Source: a virus
Lineage: Duplodnaviria; Caudoviricetes
DNA length: 64,000 bases
IMG/VR virus record: IMGVR_UViG_3300020477_000013
Location: 64,001-128,000 of that record
Strand: one strand, 5' to 3'
The translations under genes were made by a program, and so were the position numbers. The notes beneath the pieces were generated by a model. That model was not told the DNA's origin and ran no database searches. It worked only from the letters and a program-made list of their open reading frames with translations. Shown here one piece after another: positions 20,036 through 28,084 of this stretch. Each line of letters opens with the position of its first letter. Within the stretch, counting starts at the first letter, position 1.

Positions 20036-20382
20036 TGAAAATCACAAAAAGACAACTTAGATCGCTGATTCAGGAAATGGCAGATGCTCCCCTAGAGCCA
20101 CCTGCGCAGAACCCAAACGTTCAAATTATCTTAGATCAAATGGAAGAGATGTCAATAGCCGATATTCGAGTCATATGGCAAGCCGCTGCCGATACAACCA
20201 AGCGAAAGCGAAATGAATTAAAGGCCGGTTTCAAAAAAGGTGACCGGGTCCAATGGACTCGTAAGAACGGCTCGCAAGGAGTGGGGACTGTTGTTCGCCG
20301 CGGAGGAAAGTACGTCATGGTTCAACCTGACGGTGATAATCGAACATGGAAAAAATGGCCGGATAGTTTGAGTAAGATATAA
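20035..20382 (+). CDS. Leader-tagged small protein with SH3/KOW-like C-terminal domain
   Basis: True start at 20035 (TAATG overlap, RBS AGGAGG); MKITKRQLRSLIQE; FKKGDRVQW...GTVVRRGGKYVMV. Confidence 0.75.
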   Translation: MKITKRQLRSLIQEMADAPLEPPAQNPNVQIILDQMEEMSIADIRVIWQAAADTTKRKRNELKAGFKKGDRVQWTRKNGSQGVGTVVRRGGKYVMVQPDGDNRTWKKWPDSLSKI

Positions 20383-20789
20383 TGAAACTACTCCGCGAGT
20401 ACATAAGGGTTTTACTCGAGCAGCCCGATATCGGATTGCCTCCGACGCTGTACCATGCGACTTATGGTCCTTTAGTTGACTCGATCATGTCATCTGGCTT
20501 AGGTGGATCCAGAGATACAATGTGGGAAGATTCTGTGAGAGGTACTGTTTATCTTGCACTAAGTGATGACGTTGCTTATAGCTATGCTGAAACTTCCGAC
20601 GACGCATGGGATAAGTTTGAGACTGATGAAGGGCTGGAGATTGTAGTATTCGAAGTTGACACTTCTCAACTTGATCCATCTAAATTTAACATAGATCAGA
20701 ATGTCATAGATAACGAGGGAGACACTTTAGGGTATTATGGTGTCGTACCTCCTTCTGCGCTTAGGATGATCAGTAGAGTGTACGCATGA
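20382..20789 (+). CDS. Leader-tagged Tpt1/KptA-like ADP-ribosyltransferase-fold protein
   Basis: MKLLREYIRVLLE; LYHAT...SIMSSGL...VYLA...VVFEVD...VPPSAL. Confidence 0.65.
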   Translation: MKLLREYIRVLLEQPDIGLPPTLYHATYGPLVDSIMSSGLGGSRDTMWEDSVRGTVYLALSDDVAYSYAETSDDAWDKFETDEGLEIVVFEVDTSQLDPSKFNIDQNVIDNEGDTLGYYGVVPPSALRMISRVYA

Positions 20790-21604
20790 AACTACTACGT
20801 GAATACATAAGAAGTCTGCTGATTGAGACTGCGATAGGTCAGTGTTATCCGCATGTCGTTAAGATGGCCAAGGGTTCTTCTCAAGAAGAATTCTCAGACC
20901 TAGCCAGATTCAAAGTAGCTCATGGTAGAGTGACAGACAAGTATTCAGGTGAATCAGTTCTACATGCCTGGGTTGAAAAAGGCGATATGGTTTTCGATTG
21001 GCAGACACATTCCACCAAACCTGATGGTATTCCGAAAGATGTCTACTACGACATGTACGCACCAGAAATCCACAACGAATACACAGCCGAAGAGACCATG
21101 GTCAACTGTTTGAAAAGTGGCCAGGCCGGCCCATGGACTTTGAGAGAGTCTACAGGGATAATAGAAGACGGTTGGCCTGGGGTTACATGGAAAGTCCAGA
21201 ATTATGGGAACGGTATCTCCGTTGTCTTAATGATGAGTGGGCAAAAGATGGGAAGCATCATAGCTCGGGAAGTTTCGCGCTGGAAATACTGTGCCGATGA
21301 CGTAGAGAAGTTAAAGGCACAAGGGTATGATTACGAAGACCCACGCTGGCCATCATTAGGACCTAAACTTTTCGCGGTAGGTAATTCTGCAATCGACCAA
21401 GCATTCCGGGGCCAAGGCTGGGGAAAGAAGATGTATAAAGTCCTGATCGACACCATCCGCCAAGAAGCAGGCCGCCGGGGTGCATTTATCGGCGCAGATG
21501 TATGTACAGGCGGATCAACCTCGAAAGGTGCCTTAGGCGTATGGAGATCATTGGCCAGGGACTATCCATCATCCGGTAACGTAGTCTACGTGGGGCCGAA
21601 ATGA
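20786..21604 (+). CDS. Leader-tagged two-domain protein: papain/transglutaminase-like plus GNAT acetyltransferase
   Basis: MKLLREYIRSLLIE; GQCY...HAWVE...VFD (C-H-D); IDQAFRGQGWGKKMY (GNAT motif A). Confidence 0.65.
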   Translation: MKLLREYIRSLLIETAIGQCYPHVVKMAKGSSQEEFSDLARFKVAHGRVTDKYSGESVLHAWVEKGDMVFDWQTHSTKPDGIPKDVYYDMYAPEIHNEYTAEETMVNCLKSGQAGPWTLRESTGIIEDGWPGVTWKVQNYGNGISVVLMMSGQKMGSIIAREVSRWKYCADDVEKLKAQGYDYEDPRWPSLGPKLFAVGNSAIDQAFRGQGWGKKMYKVLIDTIRQEAGRRGAFIGADVCTGGSTSKGALGVWRSLARDYPSSGNVVYVGPK

Positions 21605-22134
21605 AACTACTCCGCGAGTACATAAGGTCACTACTGAGTGAGAGGATAGCATCCACTTATGGTAAGCAGAGCCAGACGCCTGGCAAGAAGAATGTGTACC
21701 GTGGAATGAAACTTACAATGCCTAGCGCATCCCTGGCATCAGCAATTCGCAAGGGTAAAATTAGTGGAGACGAGCGAGCAAGATTAATCCTCGGACAATT
21801 GCAAAATGAGTCCACAGGTGTTTCATGGTCCGAGACTTTTCATACCGCCGTTAGTTTTGCTGATACATGGAGTGCCTCGAATAGAGGTAAAACGATTCAT
21901 GTAATCCTACAGGCTACTATCGACGACGGGCAGGGCTTTGATCCAATTACTACAGGCCAAGAACCTCGGATGTTCTGGGATGAAAACGAAATAAGGATGG
22001 AGCCTGGAGCAACTATACCAATTACAGCGATATATTTATTCATCAAAGGAAAAGATAAATTCGCACCTCAAAAACTACAGTTTCATATTATTACATTGAA
22101 AGACGAAGAAAATCCACTGATGGTGAAAGCATGA
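21601..22134 (+). CDS. Leader-tagged R-S-E class ADP-ribosyltransferase
   Basis: MKLLREYIRSLLSE; VYRG ... GVSWS...AVSFA ... DENEI. Confidence 0.72.
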   Translation: MKLLREYIRSLLSERIASTYGKQSQTPGKKNVYRGMKLTMPSASLASAIRKGKISGDERARLILGQLQNESTGVSWSETFHTAVSFADTWSASNRGKTIHVILQATIDDGQGFDPITTGQEPRMFWDENEIRMEPGATIPITAIYLFIKGKDKFAPQKLQFHIITLKDEENPLMVKA

Positions 22135-22655
22135 ACCTATTACGTGAGTACATAAGGGAGTTATTAGGTGAAGGTGTAGAATTCAGGGAGCTTGATTCTC
22201 CCCTGACATATTATCGATCTAGCAATGTAAAGAGACTGGCTTTATGCGATACGTCTGTAGATGAACCTGCCAGCAGGAGTGATCTTTACTTTTCAGAATA
22301 CCAAGAAATGGAATACGTCGGCAGATCTGGTCGAAGATTAAAGAAACCCAGGAAAGGACAGTTGATACCCGGCGTTTCTGATGTCTGCGTTATTGGGTTC
22401 TTGGACTATCACCAGCAAGGCACCACCCGTGATGGTAAGCCAATGTGGTATTTAGACTATATAAAAACTCGTGGAGGCCACGGTGGGCAAAAGGTGGCTA
22501 GCCGTCTAGTAGACGAGTTTTTCAATCGATATGTAACCGATCCAGGTGTACACGTACACTTCGGAAAGATGATGCGTAAGGAGGTTGGCCACCTAAAAGA
22601 TAAGATGGCAAAGAAATACCCTGACAACATCGTCATTGGGGCAAGGAATTACTGA
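22131..22655 (+). CDS. Leader-tagged GNAT-like protein
   Basis: MNLLREYIRELLGE; VIGFLDY...WYLDYIKTRGGHGGQKVASRLV. Confidence 0.55.
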   Translation: MNLLREYIRELLGEGVEFRELDSPLTYYRSSNVKRLALCDTSVDEPASRSDLYFSEYQEMEYVGRSGRRLKKPRKGQLIPGVSDVCVIGFLDYHQQGTTRDGKPMWYLDYIKTRGGHGGQKVASRLVDEFFNRYVTDPGVHVHFGKMMRKEVGHLKDKMAKKYPDNIVIGARNY

Positions 22656-23473
22656 TGAACCTACTCCGCGAATACATAAGATCACTTCTGGTTGAAGACG
22701 CAGCTAAGCGCAAACAGTTCGCTCAACACCTTATTGATGCAGGTCACTCTGAGGCAAATTTTGACACGCCTGATGTAGTCGGCCACAGTATTGACAAGGT
22801 GAAGAAGCTCGTTAAGACTGCTCTCGATCAAGGCAAGCTTCTCAAAAAGGCTTTCGCCGAAACTGCAGACAGGGCTTTCCTCGATAGCTTAGTCACAGTT
22901 CACTGGTTCAAAACCAGAAAGACGATGGAGGCATTTTTAGAAGGATCATTTAGTCCCAAGGATGAATTATCAGCCACGGCTTACCTACCGGGTGAAATAA
23001 AAGGCGCCGGCAGGTTTGGTGATTATGGAATCCTTATCAAGGGCCATATCACTCTTTTGGCAAACGACATGGATCAACTCTACACAGGGGCTTCCAGCAC
23101 TTACAATGCAGTGTTTCCTGAAAGAAAGAAGCAGTCTGGCATTAACAAGGGTGTCGAGCAGATATATGAACCAAAAGGTTACGAAGACTATAAGATCGTT
23201 GTGCTTGACGAAGAAGATTGGAACCCCTCTATTGGTGGCTTCCGCAGCTCACAGAATAATGAGGCGCTCGTCGACAACTGGTCTCCGATGGCAATTATCG
23301 TCCCTGACTCTTCAAATCAGCCAGGTTACTGGGATGAAGATTTACAAAAGATGGAACCTGCCGGCCCTGATACAGCGGAAGCCGATATCATTTGGAAACC
23401 GCTACTAGACAAGGCCGGCCTGGATATCCCAGTTATGACAACAAGGGAGCTTGTATCGAGAGGCTGGGTATAA
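22655..23473 (+). CDS. Leader-tagged ART-like protein, paralog of segment 4 of the 14330 protein
   Basis: MNLLREYIRSLLVE; TVHWF...KDELSA...IKGHITL...NNEALVDNW. Confidence 0.7.
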   Translation: MNLLREYIRSLLVEDAAKRKQFAQHLIDAGHSEANFDTPDVVGHSIDKVKKLVKTALDQGKLLKKAFAETADRAFLDSLVTVHWFKTRKTMEAFLEGSFSPKDELSATAYLPGEIKGAGRFGDYGILIKGHITLLANDMDQLYTGASSTYNAVFPERKKQSGINKGVEQIYEPKGYEDYKIVVLDEEDWNPSIGGFRSSQNNEALVDNWSPMAIIVPDSSNQPGYWDEDLQKMEPAGPDTAEADIIWKPLLDKAGLDIPVMTTRELVSRGWV

Positions 23474-23601
23474 AAATAACAAATACAAAGTGTCATGAAG
23501 CATATGCAATGACTATTTATCTAATCAAAACGATATTACATGCATATAATGTTGATAGTGGCTTTGGATATGCTTAGGGCTATGAAAAAACGGGTGGTAA
23601 T

Positions 23602-24234
23602 ATGAGAATAGCAAAAAATCAACTTAGAAGAATCATCAAAGAACAGATGAAGTCTTGGAAAGAACGACAGGCCGAGCTGGACGCATGGGAGAAAAAGCTA
23701 GTTGCTGCACTTCCAAAAGACCCTTCGAAAATGAGTAATGCTGACCACAAAAAAGTTGCACAGCTCTTTATCGATGAATATGGCCTAGATCAAGCAGACG
23801 CTTTTTATGAAGATGACCGAGGTACATTGGCAGACTTAGGGGTTACACCATATCCTGATCTCGAAAACATCCGCATGGCCATCATGATGGCACTGGATAA
23901 AGATCATAAAAAACGAGTTAATGCTTCTCCTCATAAAAAAGAACTTAGGGCCATCGGGGGTGACAGCTACGGTGCAGTCGAGCCTCGTGAGGTAGCGTAC
24001 TTGACATACCAACCTATTCGTAAGGGTGGTAAAGTTGTAGCATTCATGGTCGAAGACAGCGAGACTCCATGGGGTACAATGCCTCTCGGCCATTCAAGCT
24101 TTGTCGTTGATGAACAATGGGCGAAACAGTCCGGGACAACGGTGGACAAGATTATAAAAGTGTTAGAGAAGGGCGGTGCAACTTTGAGAAAGCGCCGTAA
24201 GCCAGTTAAGAGAACAACTCCATACTACGACTAG
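23602..24234 (+). CDS. Leader-tagged hypothetical protein
   Basis: MRIAKNQLRRIIKEQ. Confidence 0.75.
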   Translation: MRIAKNQLRRIIKEQMKSWKERQAELDAWEKKLVAALPKDPSKMSNADHKKVAQLFIDEYGLDQADAFYEDDRGTLADLGVTPYPDLENIRMAIMMALDKDHKKRVNASPHKKELRAIGGDSYGAVEPREVAYLTYQPIRKGGKVVAFMVEDSETPWGTMPLGHSSFVVDEQWAKQSGTTVDKIIKVLEKGGATLRKRRKPVKRTTPYYD

Positions 24235-24242
24235 CAGGCAAA

Positions 24243-24575
24243 ATGAAATTAAATAGAGATGATATATCAGGTGACGTGGTAAAAAATAATGACACGTATA
24301 TCGTGGTTGATAACACGAACCTCACAGGCCTTGTTGTTTCTAAAACCATATTGCACCCAAAGAAAGAGACCACGGGGCATAGCCATGCGGGCCAAGAAGA
24401 GGTGTATCAATTTGTGTACGGAACTGGTAAAATGCAGGTCGGACAAAACAAATTCGATGTCAACTCTGGCGATATCGTGTTAATCCCTGATGGCTTGTTT
24501 CACAAGGTGTGGAATATATCATGTGTAGAAGACCTAACATTTGTATGTGTTTTTGACGGAAAGAGGAGTCATTAG
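24243..24575 (+). CDS. Cupin-domain protein
   Basis: GHSHAGQEEVY...GDIVLIPDGLFHKV. Confidence 0.85.
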   Translation: MKLNRDDISGDVVKNNDTYIVVDNTNLTGLVVSKTILHPKKETTGHSHAGQEEVYQFVYGTGKMQVGQNKFDVNSGDIVLIPDGLFHKVWNISCVEDLTFVCVFDGKRSH

Positions 24576-24580
24576 TAAAA

Positions 24581-24714
24581 ATGCTTAAGCTAATATTGTG
24601 CGGTATAGCTATTATTATTATTCTCTATGCCGTATCAGATGGGGATTAGCTATATGGGTTGTGGCAATTGGTTATTTTGTGGGAAATGTAGTATGTAAAG
24701 CAGGGGAAATATGA
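24581..24714 (+). pseudogene. Small two-TM membrane protein interrupted by an apparent 1-nt frameshift in a G4 tract
   Basis: MLKLILCGIAIIIILYAVSDG stops at 24649. The -1 frame continues GLAIWVVAIGYFVGNVVCKAGEI to a TGA overlapping the next ATG. Confidence 0.4.
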
Positions 24715-25010
24715 GTAATTTTGGAATTAGCATTGATGCTTTTGAGAAAGACGAAGAAATGGAAGGGACTGTTTTTGAGTTATATGAAAAGCTTCCGAAT
24801 CGTGAATTTAAGAGCCATATTCAGTTTATAAGGGCTGATAGTTTAAGGGATGCTGAAGATAAGACTGCCGAGGTTAATCCGGATTATTGGCGAACACAGT
24901 CGATACGGTCAGTCGGTGTCACATATGTGTGGGATACATTCACACAGCTCTACTATTCATATCATATGGCCAAGTCAGCATTAGGTTTGGATAAATTGAC
25001 GGATGAGTAA
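24711..25010 (+). CDS. Hypothetical protein
   Basis: ORF with RBS-like AGGGG. Confidence 0.7.
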   Translation: MSNFGISIDAFEKDEEMEGTVFELYEKLPNREFKSHIQFIRADSLRDAEDKTAEVNPDYWRTQSIRSVGVTYVWDTFTQLYYSYHMAKSALGLDKLTDE

Positions 25011-25016
25011 AGTAAT

Positions 25017-25460
25017 ATGGAACTTCTTCGTGAGTATGTTAGGACATTATTAGAACAACACACCCAATCAGAGGACCCCTCTTCGGCCGAGCCTTTAAAC
25101 GGTGCTGTGACGGTCGCTGGGATCCCTATTAGCGTTGAAATTGCATCTACTCCAAAATTAAGAAAAGCCGGCCTAATGAACCGAGCGCATCTTGAGCGTG
25201 GAATGCTTTTTTGCTTTCCTGATTGCCGCCCTAGATCATTTTGGATGAAAAATACGCATGTGCCACTGTCGATAGCTTATGCAGATGATAACGGCATTAT
25301 AACAAATATAGAAGACATGGATCCGCATAGTCTCACCGGTGTAAAGTCAATAACTCCAGCTACTTATGCTTTGGAGATGGAGCAGGGGTGGTTTGATAAA
25401 AATGGGGTAGTTCCAGGAGACAAGATTGGGGGTCGCAATGTCAGAAAAAGTAAAAGTTAG
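25017..25460 (+). CDS. Leader-tagged DUF192 family protein
   Basis: MELLREYVRTLLEQ; VEIA...GLMNR...GMLF...FWMKNT..PLSIAY...ALEM. Confidence 0.85.
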   Translation: MELLREYVRTLLEQHTQSEDPSSAEPLNGAVTVAGIPISVEIASTPKLRKAGLMNRAHLERGMLFCFPDCRPRSFWMKNTHVPLSIAYADDNGIITNIEDMDPHSLTGVKSITPATYALEMEQGWFDKNGVVPGDKIGGRNVRKSKS

Positions 25461-26211
25461 GGGCTATATGAAGCCGGCCGCTAGTTTTCATACGTTGGTA
25501 GAGTGGGATATTGTTGTAGCACAGTTACTAGAGCTTCAGCATGAGGGAATTGACACTCGAGGTGGAATAGTACAAGATCAAAGGTTGATAGATATTTTAA
25601 ATAATTTCTTCGGATATCAGCTTATCGATGAGGTGGCTAGGTGGGATTTACTAACACAAAAAAATGTGCTTGACTTTATCGAGGACTTTGTCAATCATAG
25701 GTTTTGGAGTTTTGAGAGAGAATATTCACATTATTTTCCTGATATTAACAGGCTTAAATTCGCATATTTCTATTCTAGGGGTGACATGGAACCATATGTG
25801 ATGCTTGATGATGAGTATACTATCCAGCTTTATGGTTCCACATATAATCCTAAGCTGTTATGTCACTATACCACCGAAGAGGGTGCAAAGAGACTGTCTG
25901 ATGCAATATCGAGAGGTATAGAATATGACATATCAAGCTTTACAGTGATGGATCGCCCATTTTTTAGGAAAGAGTCGAATGTGCTGGTAACGTTTATAGG
26001 GAATGTTAGAGCAGGATTCAGGAGTGACATTAAATCGATGGCACTTGATACGGGTCGCCGAGCATGCAACATGTATCGACTTGAGTACCCGGGTAGGGAC
26101 ATTAATAATATATGTTATGAACTTGACACGTGCGATTCTGATGTAAGGACTAGCTTGTGGAATGAGTACATTGCTACGCCTATTGAGATAGTAGGAATTT
26201 CGTCGAGGTAG
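25438..26211 (+). CDS. Hypothetical protein, possibly with an ART-like C-terminal half
   Basis: LCHYTT...ISSFT...WNEYIA pattern; weak. Confidence 0.55.
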   Translation: MSEKVKVRGYMKPAASFHTLVEWDIVVAQLLELQHEGIDTRGGIVQDQRLIDILNNFFGYQLIDEVARWDLLTQKNVLDFIEDFVNHRFWSFEREYSHYFPDINRLKFAYFYSRGDMEPYVMLDDEYTIQLYGSTYNPKLLCHYTTEEGAKRLSDAISRGIEYDISSFTVMDRPFFRKESNVLVTFIGNVRAGFRSDIKSMALDTGRRACNMYRLEYPGRDINNICYELDTCDSDVRTSLWNEYIATPIEIVGISSR

Positions 26212-26214
26212 TTT

Positions 26215-26242
26215 TGTACAACTTACCTTGTTGTTATAAATT
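26215..26242 (+). promoter_or_regulatory. Putative early/middle promoter (class E)
   Basis: TGTACA-N16-TAAATT upstream of the repair operon. Confidence 0.5.
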
Positions 26243-26248
26243 GAATTC

Positions 26249-26683
26249 ATGAGATGGATTCCTCCAAAGTCGCCCCACGGATTAATACAAGAAACCCTCT
26301 GGCCTGATGAGTGGAGAATCCTGGTTTCTTGCCTTTTATTAAACATGACTACACGAAGGCAGGTCGACAGGGTAATAGACCAGCTCTTTCATTTGTATCC
26401 AGGCCCTGTTAGTATGTCTATGGCAAAAGATGAAGATCTTCATGCAATTATAAAGCCCCTGGGGCTAGCAAACAAGCGTGTAAAGACCCTTAAGCGGTTT
26501 TCAACAGAGTACCTGGAGAAAGATTGGGCTTCACCTTTAGAGCTATATGGGTGTGGTAAATATGCTAACGATACGTGGAGAATTTTCTGTCAAGGGGAGT
26601 GGCGTGAGACAACACCCGATGACCATGCCCTTACTAACTATCATAACTATCTAAAATTAGTGAGAGAGCAAGAAAATGCCTGA
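26249..26683 (+). CDS. MBD4-like HhH DNA glycosylase (catalytic domain only)
   Basis: WIPPKSPHGLIQETLW..W..L..C..LN..T ... IKPLGL...R ... LYGCGKYANDTWRIFC..EW....PDDHAL..Y closely tracks the human MBD4 glycosylase domain (recalled alignment). Confidence 0.85.
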   Translation: MRWIPPKSPHGLIQETLWPDEWRILVSCLLLNMTTRRQVDRVIDQLFHLYPGPVSMSMAKDEDLHAIIKPLGLANKRVKTLKRFSTEYLEKDWASPLELYGCGKYANDTWRIFCQGEWRETTPDDHALTNYHNYLKLVREQENA

Positions 26684-27476
26684 AGGACCAGAGGTTAGAA
26701 AAATAGCACAGACTCTTGCTGGTGCCGTATCAGGTGAAACGCTTAACTCAGTAGAGGTTGTTAGCGGGAGATATTTAAAGAAAGACCCTTCCGGGATAAA
26801 CTTATTCAGGCAACAGCTTCCTAAAAAGGTTGTGGGAGCAGGATGTCACGGCAAATTTATGTATTGGATGCTTGACGATGAGTGCTCTATTTGGTCTACG
26901 CTGGGGATGACCGGCGAGTGGACGTTAGAAAAATCAAAGCATACAAGGTTAATTTTCAAGCTAGGGAATAATGAAGTATACTTTAATGATCAGAGAAATT
27001 TTGGTACGCTAAAATTTGTTCGCGGTAAATTTGCGCTAATAGAAAAACTGCAATCATTAGGCCCTGATATGTTGGCTGAGGATGTCACAGACTCAAATTT
27101 TATTTCTCAAATTCGAAAAAAACCTGGGTGGGAGATCACAAAAGCATTGATGGACCAGGCGATCGTCGCCGGCGTCGGGAATTATATTAAGTCTGATTCA
27201 TTATGGCTTTCAAAAATTAGTCCTCATAGAAAAGTATGCGACCTCAATGATGTTGAGCTTAAGTCATTGAATAATGCAATAAAGCGCATTATGAGGGAAA
27301 GCTTTAATACCGGTGGCTCAACAATAGAGACGTATAAGGATTCTACTAAAGAAGGAGAATACACAAGACGTTTTCTTGTTTATAATCAAAAAATGGATCC
27401 TGACGGAAATAAGGTCGTTAGGGAATTAACGGCAGACAATAGGACAACACATTGGTGTCCTGACATACAAATTTAG
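26676..27476 (+). CDS. Fpg/Nei family DNA glycosylase/AP lyase with zincless finger
   Basis: MPEGPEV; HGKFMY; LMDQAIVAGVGNY (H2TH); C-terminal DPDGNKV...RTTHWCP lacks the CxxC pairs. Confidence 0.9.
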   Translation: MPEGPEVRKIAQTLAGAVSGETLNSVEVVSGRYLKKDPSGINLFRQQLPKKVVGAGCHGKFMYWMLDDECSIWSTLGMTGEWTLEKSKHTRLIFKLGNNEVYFNDQRNFGTLKFVRGKFALIEKLQSLGPDMLAEDVTDSNFISQIRKKPGWEITKALMDQAIVAGVGNYIKSDSLWLSKISPHRKVCDLNDVELKSLNNAIKRIMRESFNTGGSTIETYKDSTKEGEYTRRFLVYNQKMDPDGNKVVRELTADNRTTHWCPDIQI

Positions 27477-27486
27477 GAGCTAAATT

Positions 27487-27711
27487 ATGAATGACAATGG
27501 TTTTAAATTTTCAGATGATGTTATTGCGCAGGTTGCAAAACTAATACAGGTTGCAATTCTAACTGGTACTGACATAGTTGATCACTTACGGCAGGTGAGG
27601 CTTAAGTTGACAGGAGATACGCTTTACGTAGATGATGATTATGCTTCATCATTTGAAGACAATATCCAGTCAATGCTTAAGGAGCTTGAAGAGAATGCCA
27701 CAGGCGAGTGA
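27487..27711 (+). CDS. Hypothetical protein
   Basis: ORF with RBS AGGAG. Confidence 0.75.
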   Translation: MNDNGFKFSDDVIAQVAKLIQVAILTGTDIVDHLRQVRLKLTGDTLYVDDDYASSFEDNIQSMLKELEENATGE

Positions 27712-28084
27712 CAATGATATGTTAGAAGAGATGTTTTTTCTTCGTGAAAGATTCATGTCTAGACTAACAGCAGAAAAGCCAGATCAGTATCCTACGTGGC
27801 CTATTGATTTAAGTGATAAGAGATCCCAGCAGCATGTTCGTGATATGGCCCTCCGCGGCGTCGAAGAGATGTTTGAGGCATTACAACATTTAAAAAACTG
27901 GAAGCCTCACCGTGACACAGAGGTAAGGGAATTCGATAAAGAAGAATTCATAGAGGAAATAGTAGATGCATTTAACTATTTTCTTTCTGTGTTAGTGTTA
28001 ACAGGTGTTAGTGCTGCTGATTTACACAATGCATACCTCAAGAAAGATTCTATTATCCATGATAGGCTTGAAAACGGCTACTAG
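27695..28084 (+). CDS. All-alpha dCTPase/dUTPase (T4 gp56-like)
   Basis: EEMFEAL..LKNWKPH; EEIVDAFNYF...G.SA..L...YLKK..IIHDRLENGY (gp56 ends KNQHNFERQDNGY). Confidence 0.8.
   Translation: MPQASDNDMLEEMFFLRERFMSRLTAEKPDQYPTWPIDLSDKRSQQHVRDMALRGVEEMFEALQHLKNWKPHRDTEVREFDKEEFIEEIVDAFNYFLSVLVLTGVSAADLHNAYLKKDSIIHDRLENGY

Noticed and set aside
19482-22680. Repeated 18-27-nt sequences as a CRISPR array
   Set aside because: The repeats are in-frame gene starts separated by 270-1200 nt of coding DNA; there are no uniform spacers and no cas genes.
23392-23577. 61-aa ORF in the gap after the cassette array
   Set aside because: It overlaps the upstream gene out of frame and lacks an RBS and recognisable features.
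26249-27476. Eukaryotic giant virus (NCLDV) origin suggested by MBD4 and Mimivirus-like Nei
   Set aside because: Shine-Dalgarno sites, overlapping operons, DnaE, RecA, gp32, a peptidoglycan amidase and holin/spanin-like genes indicate a bacteriophage.
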